Shown in pieces: positions 36,901 through 37,292 of a DNA stretch of 37,292 nucleotides. The DNA comes from Chromatiales bacterium (GTDB taxonomy: Bacteria > Pseudomonadota > Gammaproteobacteria > SZUA-140). The notes below the pieces were generated by a model, which was not told the DNA's origin, searched no databases, and was given only the letters and a program-made list of their open reading frames with translations. The stretch is from positions 1 to 37,292 of the forward strand of contig DRLG01000018.1 of the NCBI GenBank assembly GCA_011053135.1, read 5' to 3'. Each line of letters starts with the position of its first letter. Position 1 is the stretch's first letter. A program made the translations under genes and the position numbers.

Positions 36901-37292
36901 AACACCCAGATACTGCTCGTAGAAGATAACCCTGTCAATATAGATGTTGCTACAGAAATGCTGGAAGGCTACCACTGCACCGTCACCCCGGCAGGCAACG
37001 GACTTGAAGCGCTCGCACTAGCCAAGATCCGTGACTTTGACCTGATCTTTATGGACTGCCTGATGCCAGAGATGGATGGCTTTGAGGCCACCACCGCGAT
37101 CCGAAGGTTTCAAGCCGCTGACCCTGAGCATCAACGCACGCCTATCATCGCCTTCACTGCCAACGCAATGAAATCTGACCGGGAAAAGTGCCTTGATGCC
37201 GGGATGGATGACTACATATCAAAACCTGTCAACCAGGAGGCTCTGGAAAATATTCTGATAAAATGGTTAGCGCATAAAGCTGAAATGGTTGA
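33994..37292 (+). CDS. Hybrid sensor histidine kinase/response regulator (TM-dCache-TM-HAMP-PAS-HisKA-HATPase-REC-REC), 3' end outside the window
   Basis: Hand translation of frame 1 is open from GTG 33994 (or 34006) to the window end: TM LLLWFLLLSLIPM, Cache YNLFLIDNSGNILFTV, HAMP ITRPITQL...EIGVLA, PAS NDKF..ITGY, H-box FLANMSHEIRTPMN, N-box NLLSNAVKFT, G2 GGTGLGL, REC DLIFMDCLMPEMDG. Absent from the ORF track because it has no stop codon in the window. Confidence 0.95.
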   Translation, partial: MNSSVKNSVASEKPRGSLARNLLLWFLLLSLIPMSLTAWIGYRQAINSLHETVSQELAQDAHSNARFIKTWFDYRFMDIRTQAGDQQTPELLIALQNSFKASNETLKTFTRSAAWRSLADKYQQDLVLFSRQYDYIYNLFLIDNSGNILFTVARENDLGINLFSDRYASTRFASTARRSLESSQTLFSDLEHHAPDGKLAGFITTPIFDVMGRKIGVFAIQLQLDRIHYLVNNNHIDNSLTHYLVGQDGRLRTPLERNNQDEILRLKIDSEQTRLWQQEHGDTSINRDNEHEIVFNYPGPSGKEVVGIHQNVSIGEINWALISEINFDEAFAPAQKLKQIILMIFLLTSIIVTVLAIFQARRITRPITQLVDASKLIASGEISQPVKVDANNEIGVLADALNHMNAARLEQELVMEQSSLEIQEALIDLEEQKFALDQHAIVAITDVTGTINFANDKFTEITGYSRQELLGQNHRLLNSGYHDSDFFKKMYETISAGKVWNGEICNRAKDGRLYWVDTTIVPFMDDDDEPESYIAIRTDITKRKKAEQELVEAKENAEAATLQKSEFLANMSHEIRTPMNGIIGMSGLLLETDLSPKQRSYARATMNSADALLTIINDILDFSKIEAGKLELEEVPFDLQSLVEDVSELMALKCREKGIEMLLRYRPNTERFVIGDPGRVRQILLNLLSNAVKFTQQGDILLTIESIITNTPQTTELAEFRISVADSGIGIAQDKLSHIFNKFDQEDSSTTRKYGGTGLGLAICQQLCTMMRGDITVESQKGKGSTFTFTIKLQISPEPLKEQETCINHHDLSALKTLIVDSSEAARTIFKEQLFPLRLREVSSASSAKEAIDLLQRAVREEDPFNIAIIDSHIPETAGEALAAEIMQRKLLADGTLLFVTSHPGKGDGVRLKSLGVDGYLTKPTYPSEIPQILSLIRDAKLHNREIPLLTRHTLKAARTGSRKKPEFNNTQILLVEDNPVNIDVATEMLEGYHCTVTPAGNGLEALALAKIRDFDLIFMDCLMPEMDGFEATTAIRRFQAADPEHQRTPIIAFTANAMKSDREKCLDAGMDDYISKPVNQEALENILIKWLAHKAEMV

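Noticed and set aside
1-37292. CRISPR arrays, prophage, transposases, rRNA/tRNA, defence systems (mazG considered)
   Set aside because: No regularly spaced repeats or marker genes seen; mazG is the ordinary two-domain housekeeping type with no toxin-antitoxin neighbours.

Overview
Chromosomal window from a gammaproteobacterium (inferred from gene content and synteny), mostly housekeeping. In order: the 3' end of a hem operon (hemC tail, hemD, hemX, hemY); a divergent 2Fe-2S/FAD reductase and atypical SDR pair; a split class II (B12-dependent) ribonucleotide reductase nrdJa/nrdJb with two NrdR boxes; a DegQ/DegP protease with a sigma32-like promoter; cysD-cysN; a four-gene TPAT (TatT-associated TRAP) transporter; an orphan cheY and small hypothetical genes; miaB-phoH(ybeZ)-ybeY-corC-lnt followed by a LolA-like gene; mazG; DUF2835; an HU-like protein; slt; an FlhG/FleN-type ATPase with a long C-terminal extension; an orphan GspE/PilB-type ATPase; and a hybrid sensor kinase of at least 1099 codons that the ORF track omits because it runs off the window. 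No rRNA, tRNA, CRISPR array or intact transposase was seen. The most notable observations are: (1) the FlhG-like ATPase carries three tandem ~41-aa helical repeats and sits outside any flagellar locus, between slt and the orphan secretion ATPase; (2) CysD retains an APS-reductase-type CC...CxxC cysteine set; (3) a 61-aa membrane protein lies behind a sigma54-type promoter and a leader with several CsrA-type GGA sites; (4) a 67-bp IS5-like miniature element flanked by TTAA. All family assignments come from motif recognition by eye; no searches were run.
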